A stretch of 48,885 bases of DNA from the sequence record ON391949.1, one strand, 5' to 3'. The stretch comes from Acinetobacter phage YC#06. Made by a program: the position numbers and the translations under genes. This document shows, in pieces, positions 1 through 8,889 of the stretch. Under the pieces are notes generated by a model. It was not told the origin of the DNA. It searched no databases and saw nothing but the letters and a program-made list of their open reading frames with translations. Numbering within the stretch: the stretch's first letter is position 1; every line of letters begins with the position of its first letter.

Positions 1-397
1 TAAAATATTTATGTTTTTATGGTCGTCATGATTGGTGAAATCATTCCAAGGTTTGCCGCTTAAGTCAGTTACTGACTCAATAGCAAGGTTAGTAATTTCA
101 GCCGCTGTAAAATCAGATCCAGCTACACCATAGCTATCAGCTACACCGTCAAAATCGAAGCTCACGTTTAATTTGAAGCCGTCAATGCGGATAACTGCTT
201 CACCAGATTTTTCTCCAGTTTTCTTAACAGCCAGAAGTTCATATTCAGAAGCAACGACTTGCTCGCTTTCATATGAGTAATTAGAAGGGACGCTAGAATT
301 AGCAGTTCGATATTCACAAGAACTCAAGGCTACAAGTACAGCAATTGCTGTAACTCCAGTTACCTTATGCTTGTTTGAAAAGGTTTTTACGTTCATA
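1..397 (-). CDS. lipoprotein, partial (N-terminal part; continues past window start)
   Basis: Minus-strand ATG at 395-397 gives MNVKTFSNKHKVTGVTAIAVLVALSSC... with lipobox LSSC; open to position 1; not in ORF track because it runs off the edge. Confidence 0.5.
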
Positions 398-472
398 ATT
401 GATCTCGCAGTTTGCAAAAGCACATCGGACCTGGGGAGGGCGGTGTGCTTTTTTGTTGTCTGTGAGATAAAT

Positions 473-531
473 ATAAGAAAACTTATTTTTATTGTCAATA
501 AGAAATCTTATTTAAATTTAAGAAATCTTAT
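473..531. promoter_or_regulatory. OL-like operator cluster: three 14-bp palindromes ATAAGAAA(A/T)CTTAT at 473-486, 498-511, 518-531
   Basis: Perfect inverted half-sites ATAAGA/TCTTAT with 2-bp spacer; same motif recurs in the cI-cro intergenic region. Confidence 0.45.
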
Positions 532-586
532 TTTTATGCTTTAATAGACAAAAGAAAACCCACACGGGGTGGGTTCGAAGGGGGGA

Positions 587-2869
587 TTAGTTGTAATTTT
601 GAGGAAGTTCCCATAATGCTTCTGTCTTTAGACGCAATTTTTTTTGATTTTCCTTGAGACTATTCTCAATTTCCTTTATTAGTTTATGTTGTTTTACTAT
701 TTGATCTTTAACCTCTTCAGGAGGATTCGGGATCTCAATATTCAAAAACATTTCATCAGGAATACTGCGTCGTCTCTCTACACTGCCTTGCATTTTACTT
801 TTGTATATTTTTCTTAGAGAATTAGATCTCAAAATCAAATCCAAATATTCTACATTAACTTCTCGTTTTAATCTAAAGATTTTGTATGCTGGGCTTACGG
901 CAGCAGCATCGTAATATTTTTGAAATCCTAGAACACCTTCATCTATAGGGAACCCCATTACAAGTTCATTTTTAAAAACCTTTTTATACCCAGAAATATC
1001 AGAACTTGCGACTCGTTTTTTAAATTTCTCATGCTGATCAATTAAGCCATGTTCCATAGTGATACTCATAATAGGTATATTTGTATCCTCTCCCACTTTG
1101 ACTTTGCCAGACAAGGATAGGAGTTCTTTTAGTTTTATAGTTGGGAATTTTGATTTTATATGTGAATTACTATAGTGAGCATAATTATAAATATAATCAT
1201 TGCTTCTGATTAATTCTGGATTAACTTTTAAGAAACCTAATTCATTATAATATTTATCAAAGTCGCTCTTATTTAAATCAGCAAAATCTAAATTTTTTAA
1301 ATCATTTTCGTCAATTTTTCTACGGAAAGAATCTAAACTTAGGCCATCATTTGTCACATTGTAGTAAAAAACGTCAGAATTTGTTCTACCATTATGACAG
1401 TTGGTAAAGTAGAGTATATTGGTTTTAACTTTTGCATATGGCAGAAAAACTTCTTTTGGAAGTGAAACTACTGCTTTTAGTTGGGCGTTTTCAAATAAAT
1501 ACTTCCTTACTGGAGCTAAAGCGGCTTTAAAAAGAAAGCCTTCAGGTACTACTAATGCCATTCGCCCTCCTTTTTTTGTTGCTTTAAAGCAATGTAGAAC
1601 ACATACTCCATCACCATCGTTTTTAGCTAACTTATTCTCATATAAGTGAGAATAAGAAGTTTTTTGAGAAAATGGCATGTTGGTTATAACCACATCATAT
1701 TCAGATTCAATAGGGTTTTGAAGTGTGTCTATCTGGCAAATTCCACTATGCCCATCCCCATGCAGAATCATATTCATTTTTGCGAGTTTTGCATTTGAGG
1801 TAATTTCTCTTCCAAAAATAGTATTATGTTTAAGCTTGATTTCTTCACTACTATTGTTTGCAATTAAAGTGTTATCTTTTATATGATCAAATGCCTCTGT
1901 TAAAAAACCACCTGTCCCACAAAAAGGGTCATAGATCTTTTCACCATATTTAGGGTTGACTAAGTTAACAATGGTTTTAGTTATGTGACGTGGAGTAAAA
2001 TATTCTCCTAAGTCATTATTAGTTGCTGTAGCTTGCTGTAAGAAATACTCAAAAGCATCTCCTTTAATATCGGTATCTATTGATGAGAGTTTTAACTTAT
2101 CCAACTCTTTGATCATCTCTTTAACAGCAACAGGGTTGGTTAGCTGTAAATTTGTAAAAACAGAAGCACCATATTGTCTATCAATATCTTGTAGTATGTT
2201 ATTAGTTGTATTAATTAGCAAATCATTATCGAGACTTTTGAGAGAATTCCAAATACCTGTATTAGCATTCTCTGTATACAATTTTAAAAAAAGAATGTTT
2301 GCAAATTCTGAAAGCCTTTCTATACCAGCTCTTAAACCTTCACCTCTTAGTGAGTTATTTAACTTCTTGAAAACATTAATTAACTCTTTGCGAGAGACTA
2401 AAATTTCTTTAGGTGTAATATAAATACCATTTGTTTCCTGCAATATGAACTCTTTAGCTTCATTTACTCTTATTAATTCATTAACCTCATTTTCATCAAT
2501 AAATAATGGTTTTTGGGTATACAAATGCCGTGTTTCGCAGAAACCATTATTCATTGCAAATATCAAAGGTGCATCAAGCATTTCAGCATATTCGGTTGCC
2601 TGATCCAGTGCTTTTGTTAAGCTTTTTCCACCTGATTTCGTTTCAATTACACCGATTGGCCGCTTATTTTGTGAATCGAAAAGAACATAATCGGGTCTTT
2701 TTTTACTTTTCTTGAGAAACTCATTATTAACAATTCTTAAGATATCTGATTCAAAAAAGACATTTTTGTTTGGATCTTGAATGTCCAAGATCCAGCCCTT
2801 GTTAATCAAATTATTGTTAACAATAAAACGTGTATCTTGCTCAATATTAGACATATTGCATAATCCCAA
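587..2869 (-). CDS. single-polypeptide restriction-modification enzyme (HSDR_N-type PD-ExK nuclease + gamma-class N6-adenine MTase + one HsdS-like TRD); Type IIG/IIB-like
   Basis: N-terminal PDYVLFD...IGVIETK (PD-ExK); motif I DPFCGTGGF; motif IV-like TNMPF; C-terminal HsdS-like conserved IEIPNPPEEVKDQIV. Confidence 0.75.
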   Translation of the reverse strand: MGLCNMSNIEQDTRFIVNNNLINKGWILDIQDPNKNVFFESDILRIVNNEFLKKSKKRPDYVLFDSQNKRPIGVIETKSGGKSLTKALDQATEYAEMLDAPLIFAMNNGFCETRHLYTQKPLFIDENEVNELIRVNEAKEFILQETNGIYITPKEILVSRKELINVFKKLNNSLRGEGLRAGIERLSEFANILFLKLYTENANTGIWNSLKSLDNDLLINTTNNILQDIDRQYGASVFTNLQLTNPVAVKEMIKELDKLKLSSIDTDIKGDAFEYFLQQATATNNDLGEYFTPRHITKTIVNLVNPKYGEKIYDPFCGTGGFLTEAFDHIKDNTLIANNSSEEIKLKHNTIFGREITSNAKLAKMNMILHGDGHSGICQIDTLQNPIESEYDVVITNMPFSQKTSYSHLYENKLAKNDGDGVCVLHCFKATKKGGRMALVVPEGFLFKAALAPVRKYLFENAQLKAVVSLPKEVFLPYAKVKTNILYFTNCHNGRTNSDVFYYNVTNDGLSLDSFRRKIDENDLKNLDFADLNKSDFDKYYNELGFLKVNPELIRSNDYIYNYAHYSNSHIKSKFPTIKLKELLSLSGKVKVGEDTNIPIMSITMEHGLIDQHEKFKKRVASSDISGYKKVFKNELVMGFPIDEGVLGFQKYYDAAAVSPAYKIFRLKREVNVEYLDLILRSNSLRKIYKSKMQGSVERRRSIPDEMFLNIEIPNPPEEVKDQIVKQHKLIKEIENSLKENQKKLRLKTEALWELPQNYN

Positions 2870-2986
2870 TATCTACTATAAAAACTATTGGCAATCTACA
2901 CATTACACACTAAAACATCAATAAATATTACTATCTAATAAGTGATATACCCCACATTTAAAAGACTGTGTCGGGTTCACAGTTTA

Positions 2987-3202
2987 TTAATCTTTGGTGT
3001 TATTAATTTTCTGACCTAGCTTTCCTTCTTTTACCAACTGCACGACCTGCTCATTAGTAAGCACAGGAATAAAGACTTTGTCGCCAATATCTTTAGAAAG
3101 AATCTTTACTTCTTCAGCGGTTAGCACCAAAGCTTCACCATGTTTAGCAGCATCATTGATGCGAGCAATAATCTGGTTGATTGGTCGTTTTGAATTGTCC
3201 AT
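2987..3202 (-). CDS. small hypothetical protein between repressor and RM gene
   Basis: 71-aa ORF filling the gap on the same strand; no recognised motif. Confidence 0.3.
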   Translation of the reverse strand: MDNSKRPINQIIARINDAAKHGEALVLTAEEVKILSKDIGDKVFIPVLTNEQVVQLVKEGKLGQKINNTKD

Positions 3203-3216
3203 AAGTCTTCCTGTGA

Positions 3217-3981
3217 TTAATGCGAATAAGGATGTTCTTGTCTGTGCTGACTTGGCGGCACGATATCTGTAATAGCGGTAATACTTTCAACTTCGTCCAT
3301 TTCAAAGAAAAATCGCTCACCACCATTCACAGAAAGCAAACTTAAAACCCCACCATTGATGCCGACAAATTCTTTAATTGTGCATCTTCCATCCTTCAAG
3401 CACACCTGAACAAACTCATTCGGCACAAGATCTGCATCAGGGTCGCATACTACATACCAGCCATTACGAATTGCTGGAAACATTGAGTCGCCAGTGCCTT
3501 TAATGCCATAGGCTCGTGGTCCTGCTGAGTGAGTTGGAACATAACCATCACCACCGTTACCTTCGTATCCCATATCTGTGAAATACCCATCCATACCCAT
3601 CTTTGAATAGGCTTTAACAGGAACGTATCTTTTTTGGGTGGGGAATGGTTTAACAGGTGTTTCAATAAATTTAACAGCATCTTCGCTATCGGGAATATTG
3701 TATTTTTTCTTAAAAGCTTCGATATCCAGAACTTTCAATTGTGCAACAGTGCTATCCAACTTGGGACCGCTTTCATCTCCATTAGTTATATACGAAGTCG
3801 ACACTCCGAAATAAGCGGCCATTTTGCTTAATGGGTCTGCTTTAGGAGCATAAGCATCTTTCTCCCAACCAGTAACATTAGGCGCACTAACCCCAGCGAT
3901 TTTTGCCAACTCGCCTTGGGTTAATTTCTTTTCTCTTCGTAAGGCGCGAATACGCTGACCCATAGTTTCTAGATTCTTCAT
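3217..3981 (-). CDS. CI-like phage repressor (XRE HTH + S24 LexA-like autopeptidase)
   Basis: N-terminal HTH LTQGELAKIAGVSAPNVTGWE; C-terminal GDSMFP serine motif and downstream Lys; divergent from Cro-like gene. Confidence 0.85.
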   Translation of the reverse strand: MKNLETMGQRIRALRREKKLTQGELAKIAGVSAPNVTGWEKDAYAPKADPLSKMAAYFGVSTSYITNGDESGPKLDSTVAQLKVLDIEAFKKKYNIPDSEDAVKFIETPVKPFPTQKRYVPVKAYSKMGMDGYFTDMGYEGNGGDGYVPTHSAGPRAYGIKGTGDSMFPAIRNGWYVVCDPDADLVPNEFVQVCLKDGRCTIKEFVGINGGVLSLLSVNGGERFFFEMDEVESITAITDIVPPSQHRQEHPYSH

Positions 3982-4042
3982 ATAAGTTATCTTACATCTT
4001 GCAAAAATAAGTTATCTTTGTTTTAATACTAAGAAATCTTAT
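3982..4042. promoter_or_regulatory. OR-like operator region: ATAAGTTATCTT at 3982-3994 and 4007-4019, plus TAAGAAATCTTAT at 4029-4042
   Basis: Direct and palindromic repeats between divergent repressor and cro-like genes. Confidence 0.5.
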
Positions 4043-4059
4043 TTTTTGAGGTTGCACAA

Positions 4060-4245
4060 ATGACCAAACAGGAAGCTTATGAGTTGCTTGGTGTCAATGG
4101 TGTTGGCTTGGCAAAGTTATTAGGAATTGAACCACCTGCTGTTTACCAGTGGTCAAATGAAAAAATCCCTTTAGCTCGCGAATACCAAATCAGAGACTTG
4201 GCAAATGGCAAAGAGCCAATCAAACGAACTACTTCAAATGCTTAG
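4060..4245 (+). CDS. Cro-like small HTH regulator
   Basis: 61 aa, divergent from repressor, HTH-like GVGLAKLLGIEPPAVYQW. Confidence 0.6.
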   Translation: MTKQEAYELLGVNGVGLAKLLGIEPPAVYQWSNEKIPLAREYQIRDLANGKEPIKRTTSNA

Positions 4246-4254
4246 GACCTAACC

Positions 4255-4611
4255 ATGAGCAAATTATCAGTTGATATATCTGCAAGCGCCAGAAATGGCG
4301 TATCCCGCATATTGCATGGTCTTGATATAAGCAACCAAAAAGAGATTGCTGAACAATTAAAAGTTGATCCAAGCACTATTACTCGGCTTAAAACAGATAA
4401 GAAAAACAATGGCTTGAATGAAATTGAAATGTTTTGCGAGCTATTGAGCTTGCTTGGTTTAAAAGTCGTTCCTAAAGATTATCAGAGCATTGATAAAGAA
4501 CGGGTTGCTGCACTTTTAGTCATGTCTAAAAGCTGGATGAACCGTATTGAAACAGTGGATGACTTATTTCACGACGAAATCAGCGTTAAGAAAGAAAAGC
4601 TTGGATATTAA
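4255..4611 (+). CDS. CII-like HTH regulator
   Basis: Position after cro; HTH-like QKEIAEQLKVDPSTITRLK. Confidence 0.4.
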   Translation: MSKLSVDISASARNGVSRILHGLDISNQKEIAEQLKVDPSTITRLKTDKKNNGLNEIEMFCELLSLLGLKVVPKDYQSIDKERVAALLVMSKSWMNRIETVDDLFHDEISVKKEKLGY

Positions 4612-4665
4612 AAACCACTACCTGCGCGAACAGGAGTGGTTTCGCATTCACAAATTTAGGAACCC

Positions 4666-4944
4666 ATGAATATGCAAAACAATTTAGCAAATCAATCGGC
4701 TAATTACAACACACCAGAATTTATACCTGGTGACGTTGTAGTGCTTACTAAAGAGTGCCGTACTTTCAAATCAAATGATTTGTTTGAAGTTAAAAATAAA
4801 ACTTTGACTAGGTTGTGGACTATCAAATCGGAGAATCATTTGATTCTGGTTTCATCAAAAGAAATCCGTACAGCAACAGTAGCAGAGCTCAACGCTAAAC
4901 GCCGCCTAACAAAAGCTGAGCAAGCATTAGCGGAGGTGTCATGA
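4666..4944 (+). CDS. hypothetical early protein
   Basis: ORF with RBS, overlapping stop/start with next gene. Confidence 0.4.
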   Translation: MNMQNNLANQSANYNTPEFIPGDVVVLTKECRTFKSNDLFEVKNKTLTRLWTIKSENHLILVSSKEIRTATVAELNAKRRLTKAEQALAEVS

Positions 4945-5237
4945 ACAGCTTTACACACCAAATCAAAGATTCTCGCCAGCAAAGTGAAATCCAATCTTTC
5001 TATGAGCCTGCATTGCGAGTACTTGGCCACCTATTTGAGGTGAAAAAGCAAAATTTACGAAACAAGGGGTATGACGAAAATAATGCGGCGGTAACCAAGG
5101 TTGAATTTTCAGAGGCTATGGCTCGTCAATTTCGCATAACGCAGTGGTTAGCACAACAGATTGTAACCAGCTTAACCAAAGCGTGTTTGGTTGATTCGTT
5201 TGGTGGCTATGTTAAGCCAAAGGATGGTGAAAAGTGA
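4941..5237 (+). CDS. hypothetical early protein
   Basis: ATGA overlap coupling with neighbours. Confidence 0.4.
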   Translation: MNSFTHQIKDSRQQSEIQSFYEPALRVLGHLFEVKKQNLRNKGYDENNAAVTKVEFSEAMARQFRITQWLAQQIVTSLTKACLVDSFGGYVKPKDGEK

Positions 5238-5578
5238 GATATGCAGTAAGAAGAAAACAGGATATTTCCGTTTCCACCACACCGCTAGAGGTGGTAATTC
5301 CACTGGAACAACCAGTAAAGATCTATTCGGCTAAAGAATTAGCAGCTATGCCACTTTCAGTTATGAATGCCGCAATTGAGGCTCAGGAAAGATTTTATCA
5401 ACTTGAAGAATTAACCCATATGGGGGGGGCAGGCTATAGCAGTTCGCCGTCTCATGGAGAATGGGCACAAACTAATTCAGGTGAAAGAAAAGTCTCGTAT
5501 TCGCTACAAAATCAACAACGAATTTATTCCTCCAAGAATTATTCGTCAGTTGGAAATGCGCGGATTAGTGAAGCTTGA
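5234..5578 (+). CDS. hypothetical early protein, frame disturbed by a G8 homopolymer (5422-5429)
   Basis: After the G8 tract this frame gives a Ser-rich low-complexity tail, while the +1 frame reads a plausible C-terminus ...IRYKINNEFIPPRIIRQLEMRGLVKLERGK ending at 5591. Confidence 0.4.
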   Translation: MRYAVRRKQDISVSTTPLEVVIPLEQPVKIYSAKELAAMPLSVMNAAIEAQERFYQLEELTHMGGAGYSSSPSHGEWAQTNSGERKVSYSLQNQQRIYSSKNYSSVGNARISEA

Positions 5579-5649
5579 AAGGGGTAAGTAATGATTATTA
5601 TCACCACTTCAAAGCCCCTTCGAACCCCCTTCAAAGGAGATAAATAACC

Positions 5650-6543
5650 ATGCGTGACTATGGGAAAGTCTCACCACATTTCTGGACGGGAACTACGGGA
5701 AAAAAACTTCGTCAAACACCTGAAGGCTTAATTGTCGCTATGTATTTAATGACAAGCCCTCACGCGAACATGCTTGGCTTGTATTACATACCCCTTCTAT
5801 ATATTGCTCATGAAACTGGCTTGGGCTTTGAAGGGGCTTCTAAGGGGCTTCAAAGAGCCTGTGAAGCGGGGTTTTGTAGCTATGACGAAGCCACGGAGAC
5901 AGTCTGGGTGCACGAGATGGCACGTTTTCAAGTAGCTGAGTCATTAAAGCCAGCCGATAACCGCTGTAAGAACGTGCAAAAAGAGTATGATTCATTGCCG
6001 TCAAGCCCTTATTTATCAAGCTTTTTCGATAAATATGCACAAGCATTTTGTATGACTCAAAAGCGTGGCGAAAACGCCAAAATAGATAGCCCCTTACAAG
6101 CCCCTTCAAAGCCCCTTCGAAGCCAGGAACAGGAACAGGAGCAGGAGCAGGAGCAGGAACAAGAAAATACTCACACACAAAACGCGGTTGAAAATTTTTC
6201 AGCGGCCGAGGAGTCTTGGAAACCAAATCGTGAACTATTGCTGAATGTTCTTAGGACTTCACAAGTGGGTGCACAAGCAGAGCAGGTTTTAAAAATGCCA
6301 AATTATGAATTTCATCTTGGCAACTTCAATGCTCACTGGGAAAACAAAATTGATCTCACGGAAAACCAACGAACTCGAAAGTTTGCAACTTGGTTAATTC
6401 AGGAATTCACAAAGTCGATAAGACCTAAAAAACAAAACTCACCAATGAAAACTGCACCAGCAAGAGACGTAAACAGTGCTTGGGGTGATGCAAAACAGTA
6501 TGCACCAGCCACAGATGATATCGATGTAGGGGAGATGCTATGA
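5650..6543 (+). CDS. replication initiation / replisome organiser protein with internal origin-like iterons
   Basis: Position upstream of DnaC-like loader; iteron clusters and QE-repeat linker inside the gene, as in lambda O. Confidence 0.55.
   Translation: MRDYGKVSPHFWTGTTGKKLRQTPEGLIVAMYLMTSPHANMLGLYYIPLLYIAHETGLGFEGASKGLQRACEAGFCSYDEATETVWVHEMARFQVAESLKPADNRCKNVQKEYDSLPSSPYLSSFFDKYAQAFCMTQKRGENAKIDSPLQAPSKPLRSQEQEQEQEQEQEQENTHTQNAVENFSAAEESWKPNRELLLNVLRTSQVGAQAEQVLKMPNYEFHLGNFNAHWENKIDLTENQRTRKFATWLIQEFTKSIRPKKQNSPMKTAPARDVNSAWGDAKQYAPATDDIDVGEML
5823..5859. repeat. iteron cluster 3x AAGGGGCTT
   Basis: GGGCTTTGAAGGGGCTTCTAAGGGGCTTCAAAGAGCC. Confidence 0.6.
6088..6124. repeat. iteron cluster 3x AAGCCCCTT (inverse orientation); related copy at 5607-5637
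   Basis: AGCCCCTTACAAGCCCCTTCAAAGCCCCTTCGAAGCC. Confidence 0.6.
6124..6165 (+). repeat. hexanucleotide repeat (CAGGAR)x7 encoding (QE)n linker
   Basis: caggaacaggaacaggagcaggagcaggagcaggaacaagaa. Confidence 0.8.
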
Positions 6544-7310
6544 ATGCATTGAGCAAACAATTCAAAACTGAGCTGGTACAAACTAATCAGTTTTGCCCTA
6601 AACACAATGAGTTAATGGTTTTACTAATTGGTCGTCCAGTTTGCCAAACATGTGCAAATGAAGCGTATGTGAAATCACAAATTGAACACGCACACCAAGT
6701 CAACCTCATGGTACGCGAGAAACATTTTGCCGGAGCAAAACTCCCTGAGCGCCACAAGGAAAGCGGATTTAAAAATTATATGGTGAGTATCGATCCACAG
6801 AAAGAGGCTAAAGCTGCTTGCCATAAATTTGTTCAAGATTTTAATTCAGGGAAGAAGCGCAATCTGATTATGGTTGGGCGCACAGGAACAGGAAAAACCC
6901 ATCTTGCATGTGCTATTGCTCGTAACGTTTTAGACAAGCGGAGTTATGTTCGTTACGTCACCTCAGAAGACATGGCAAATGAAATTGCCACTGCATGGAC
7001 AAAGCCTGATGACAATGAAGCAAATGCAATTTTTCGCTTCACGGACTGTGATTTATTGATATTGGATGAATATGGTTTGCACGACCAACACGAGAGTCGA
7101 TTGCAGCTCGTTCATAAAGTTTTATATGCACGTTATGACGAAAAAAAGCCGACAGTTTTAATTTCCAACATGACGCTTGAGTCTACAGAAAAGGCGCAAG
7201 GTTTGAAGGAAAACTTAGGGGACCGTTTATGGTCTCGGTTTCAACATGACGGTTTGACAGTAGTTGAATGTGACTGGGATGACTTGCGTTTTGGTGGGGC
7301 AGGATCATGA
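6540..7310 (+). CDS. DnaC/IstB-like helicase loader ATPase
   Basis: Walker A GRTGTGKTH, Walker B LLILDE; follows initiator gene. Confidence 0.8.
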   Translation: MNALSKQFKTELVQTNQFCPKHNELMVLLIGRPVCQTCANEAYVKSQIEHAHQVNLMVREKHFAGAKLPERHKESGFKNYMVSIDPQKEAKAACHKFVQDFNSGKKRNLIMVGRTGTGKTHLACAIARNVLDKRSYVRYVTSEDMANEIATAWTKPDDNEANAIFRFTDCDLLILDEYGLHDQHESRLQLVHKVLYARYDEKKPTVLISNMTLESTEKAQGLKENLGDRLWSRFQHDGLTVVECDWDDLRFGGAGS

Positions 7311-7441
7311 CTAAATTCGAGATTTTAAGCTGTGGCTTACTCATTTCGTGTGTAACAGCAGTACTTAGCGGTGCGGTGGTTTGGTGGTGGTTGGCGCGTA
7401 AAGAGCTTGATGAGAAAGGAGCCAGCCATGAAAGCAACTAA
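7307..7441 (+). CDS. possible 44-aa small membrane protein
   Basis: ATGA overlap with DnaC-like stop; MTKFEILSCGLLISCVTAVLSGAVVWWWL hydrophobic. Confidence 0.25.
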   Translation: MTKFEILSCGLLISCVTAVLSGAVVWWWLARKELDEKGASHESN

Positions 7442-7850
7442 ATTGATTAGAGATAAAGGACTGCAATACGCGAAGGAAATCGTAGATTCAGCACCCGATA
7501 ACGCAACTGAATGGAACGAGGGTTATGAGTTCCAATGTGGTCAAAGTGTAGAAATCAGCCCAGCAGATCGTGAGAAGTATTTTGTAGATTTGGTTGAGCT
7601 TAAACGTCTGGTGGAGTCTTTGAAAATCATCAACGATTTAGGTGGAGTTGAGAAGCTAACGCCTGCATTCATTACGACAGATAAGCATGTTGGTTACACG
7701 CATGTTCGCATGGTGGGAAATGGGAGATTGAGCTTTCTTGATGATTTTTGCGACTTCATTCCAGATGGTTCCATTTCAATTAAGCGTGTGATGACTGCTA
7801 TCCGCGACCACGAATCAATATACGGAGGCGGTGAATCTCATGCCAACTAG
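7371..7850 (+). CDS. hypothetical protein (likely true start ATG 7428 after AAAGGAG RBS)
   Basis: Strong RBS aaaggagccagccATG at 7415-7430. Confidence 0.4.
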   Translation: MRWFGGGWRVKSLMRKEPAMKATKLIRDKGLQYAKEIVDSAPDNATEWNEGYEFQCGQSVEISPADREKYFVDLVELKRLVESLKIINDLGGVEKLTPAFITTDKHVGYTHVRMVGNGRLSFLDDFCDFIPDGSISIKRVMTAIRDHESIYGGGESHAN

Positions 7851-8262
7851 ATATAACACAGGCGAGTATAGCTACGATCTTGAATATCACTATGGAGATA
7901 TGTCAGCAAGCATGGAGATGCTTAGAGCACGTTTAATTGAATTGTTGACTCCTCATCTGTCTGGCCGTTATGTGAAATGGAGAGAAGCATATTTCACAAG
8001 GTTTACAAAGTGCGGCGGGGATTCGGGGTGGATGTTTTGTGTAGGTCCACACGAATTTCATATTGATGGGGCGTTAAGGCGCTATTACTCAGGTTCTATT
8101 GATATTACCTACAACCAGAAAGATCGATATTTCTTGGTGGGTGAGAAAAAGAAAGTCAAATGTAAGGCTTGTAAGGGGTTTGGCTTCATTCGAGATGATG
8201 GGTGGGGGCATATAGATAAATGTGAAATGTGTGATGCAGAAAAAGGAGCCAGCCATGAGTGA
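7831..8262 (+). CDS. zinc-ribbon protein (CxxCxGxG ... CxxC)
   Basis: CKACKGFGF ... CEMC. Confidence 0.4.
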   Translation: MNLMPTRYNTGEYSYDLEYHYGDMSASMEMLRARLIELLTPHLSGRYVKWREAYFTRFTKCGGDSGWMFCVGPHEFHIDGALRRYYSGSIDITYNQKDRYFLVGEKKKVKCKACKGFGFIRDDGWGHIDKCEMCDAEKGASHE

Positions 8263-8479
8263 GTTTGAGGGTAAATCTGGAAAGTGGGCTTGGGAGATTC
8301 AAAAAGAACAACAAGCGAAAGTGGAGGAGCTGCAAAAGCGTTTAGATGGGGCATTAAAAGAGACTCAATATGCTTTGCAGTATGTTGAAGAAGACATGCG
8401 CGGCAATCATGAATTTCTACAAATGGCAATGATTCGAACCCTTAAAGCTATAGAGCAAGTGCTCAAAGGTGGTGCTTGA
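8222..8479 (+). CDS. hypothetical protein (likely start ATG 8255)
   Basis: Identical RBS cassette aaaggagccagccATG at 8242-8257. Confidence 0.35.
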   Translation: MKCVMQKKEPAMSEFEGKSGKWAWEIQKEQQAKVEELQKRLDGALKETQYALQYVEEDMRGNHEFLQMAMIRTLKAIEQVLKGGA

Positions 8480-8573
8480 TGTCATCAGTCAGCATTGCTG
8501 AATACCGCAAGTTATTTCCCATAAAGAAAATAAAAAGCGCCGTTCAGCAAAGCAAGTTGCCAGACAACCAAGT

Positions 8574-8879
8574 GTGGGTGAAGTGGTTCTGGCAACGCAT
8601 TTAAGAGCATGCAAGATTGGATTTGAACAGGAATATAAGTTCCATCCTGAACGCAAATGGAGAGCAGATTTTTTAATAAAGGGTTCAAAGATTTTGATTG
8701 AGGTAGAAGGCGGGATCTGGAGCGGAGGCCGTCACACAAGAGGCAAGGGCTATTTAGGGGATATGGAGAAATACAACTCCGCAGCAATGATGGGTTTTAC
8801 AGTTTTACGGTTCAGTACAGAGCAAGTTAAGTCCGGTATGGCATTAAAGCAAATTGAATTATTAATTAAGGGTAAATAG
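8574..8879 (+). CDS. DUF559-like (Vsr-fold endonuclease-like) small protein, paralogue A
   Basis: ADF...ILIEVEGGIWSGGRH...D..K......GFTVLRF matches DUF559 pattern DF..lIElDG..H..D..R..L..G..VlRf. Confidence 0.45.
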   Translation: MGEVVLATHLRACKIGFEQEYKFHPERKWRADFLIKGSKILIEVEGGIWSGGRHTRGKGYLGDMEKYNSAAMMGFTVLRFSTEQVKSGMALKQIELLIKGK

Positions 8880-8889
8880 GAAGGCGATT

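Noticed and set aside
6124-6165. Possible CRISPR-like or array repeat
   Set aside because: It is a 6-bp coding microsatellite (QE linker) inside an ORF, with no spacers and no cas genes.
5840-6226. 128-aa minus-strand ORF antisense to the replication gene
   Set aside because: It is driven by the GC-rich iteron and QE repeat region (PAPAPV repeats) and is an artefact of repeat symmetry.
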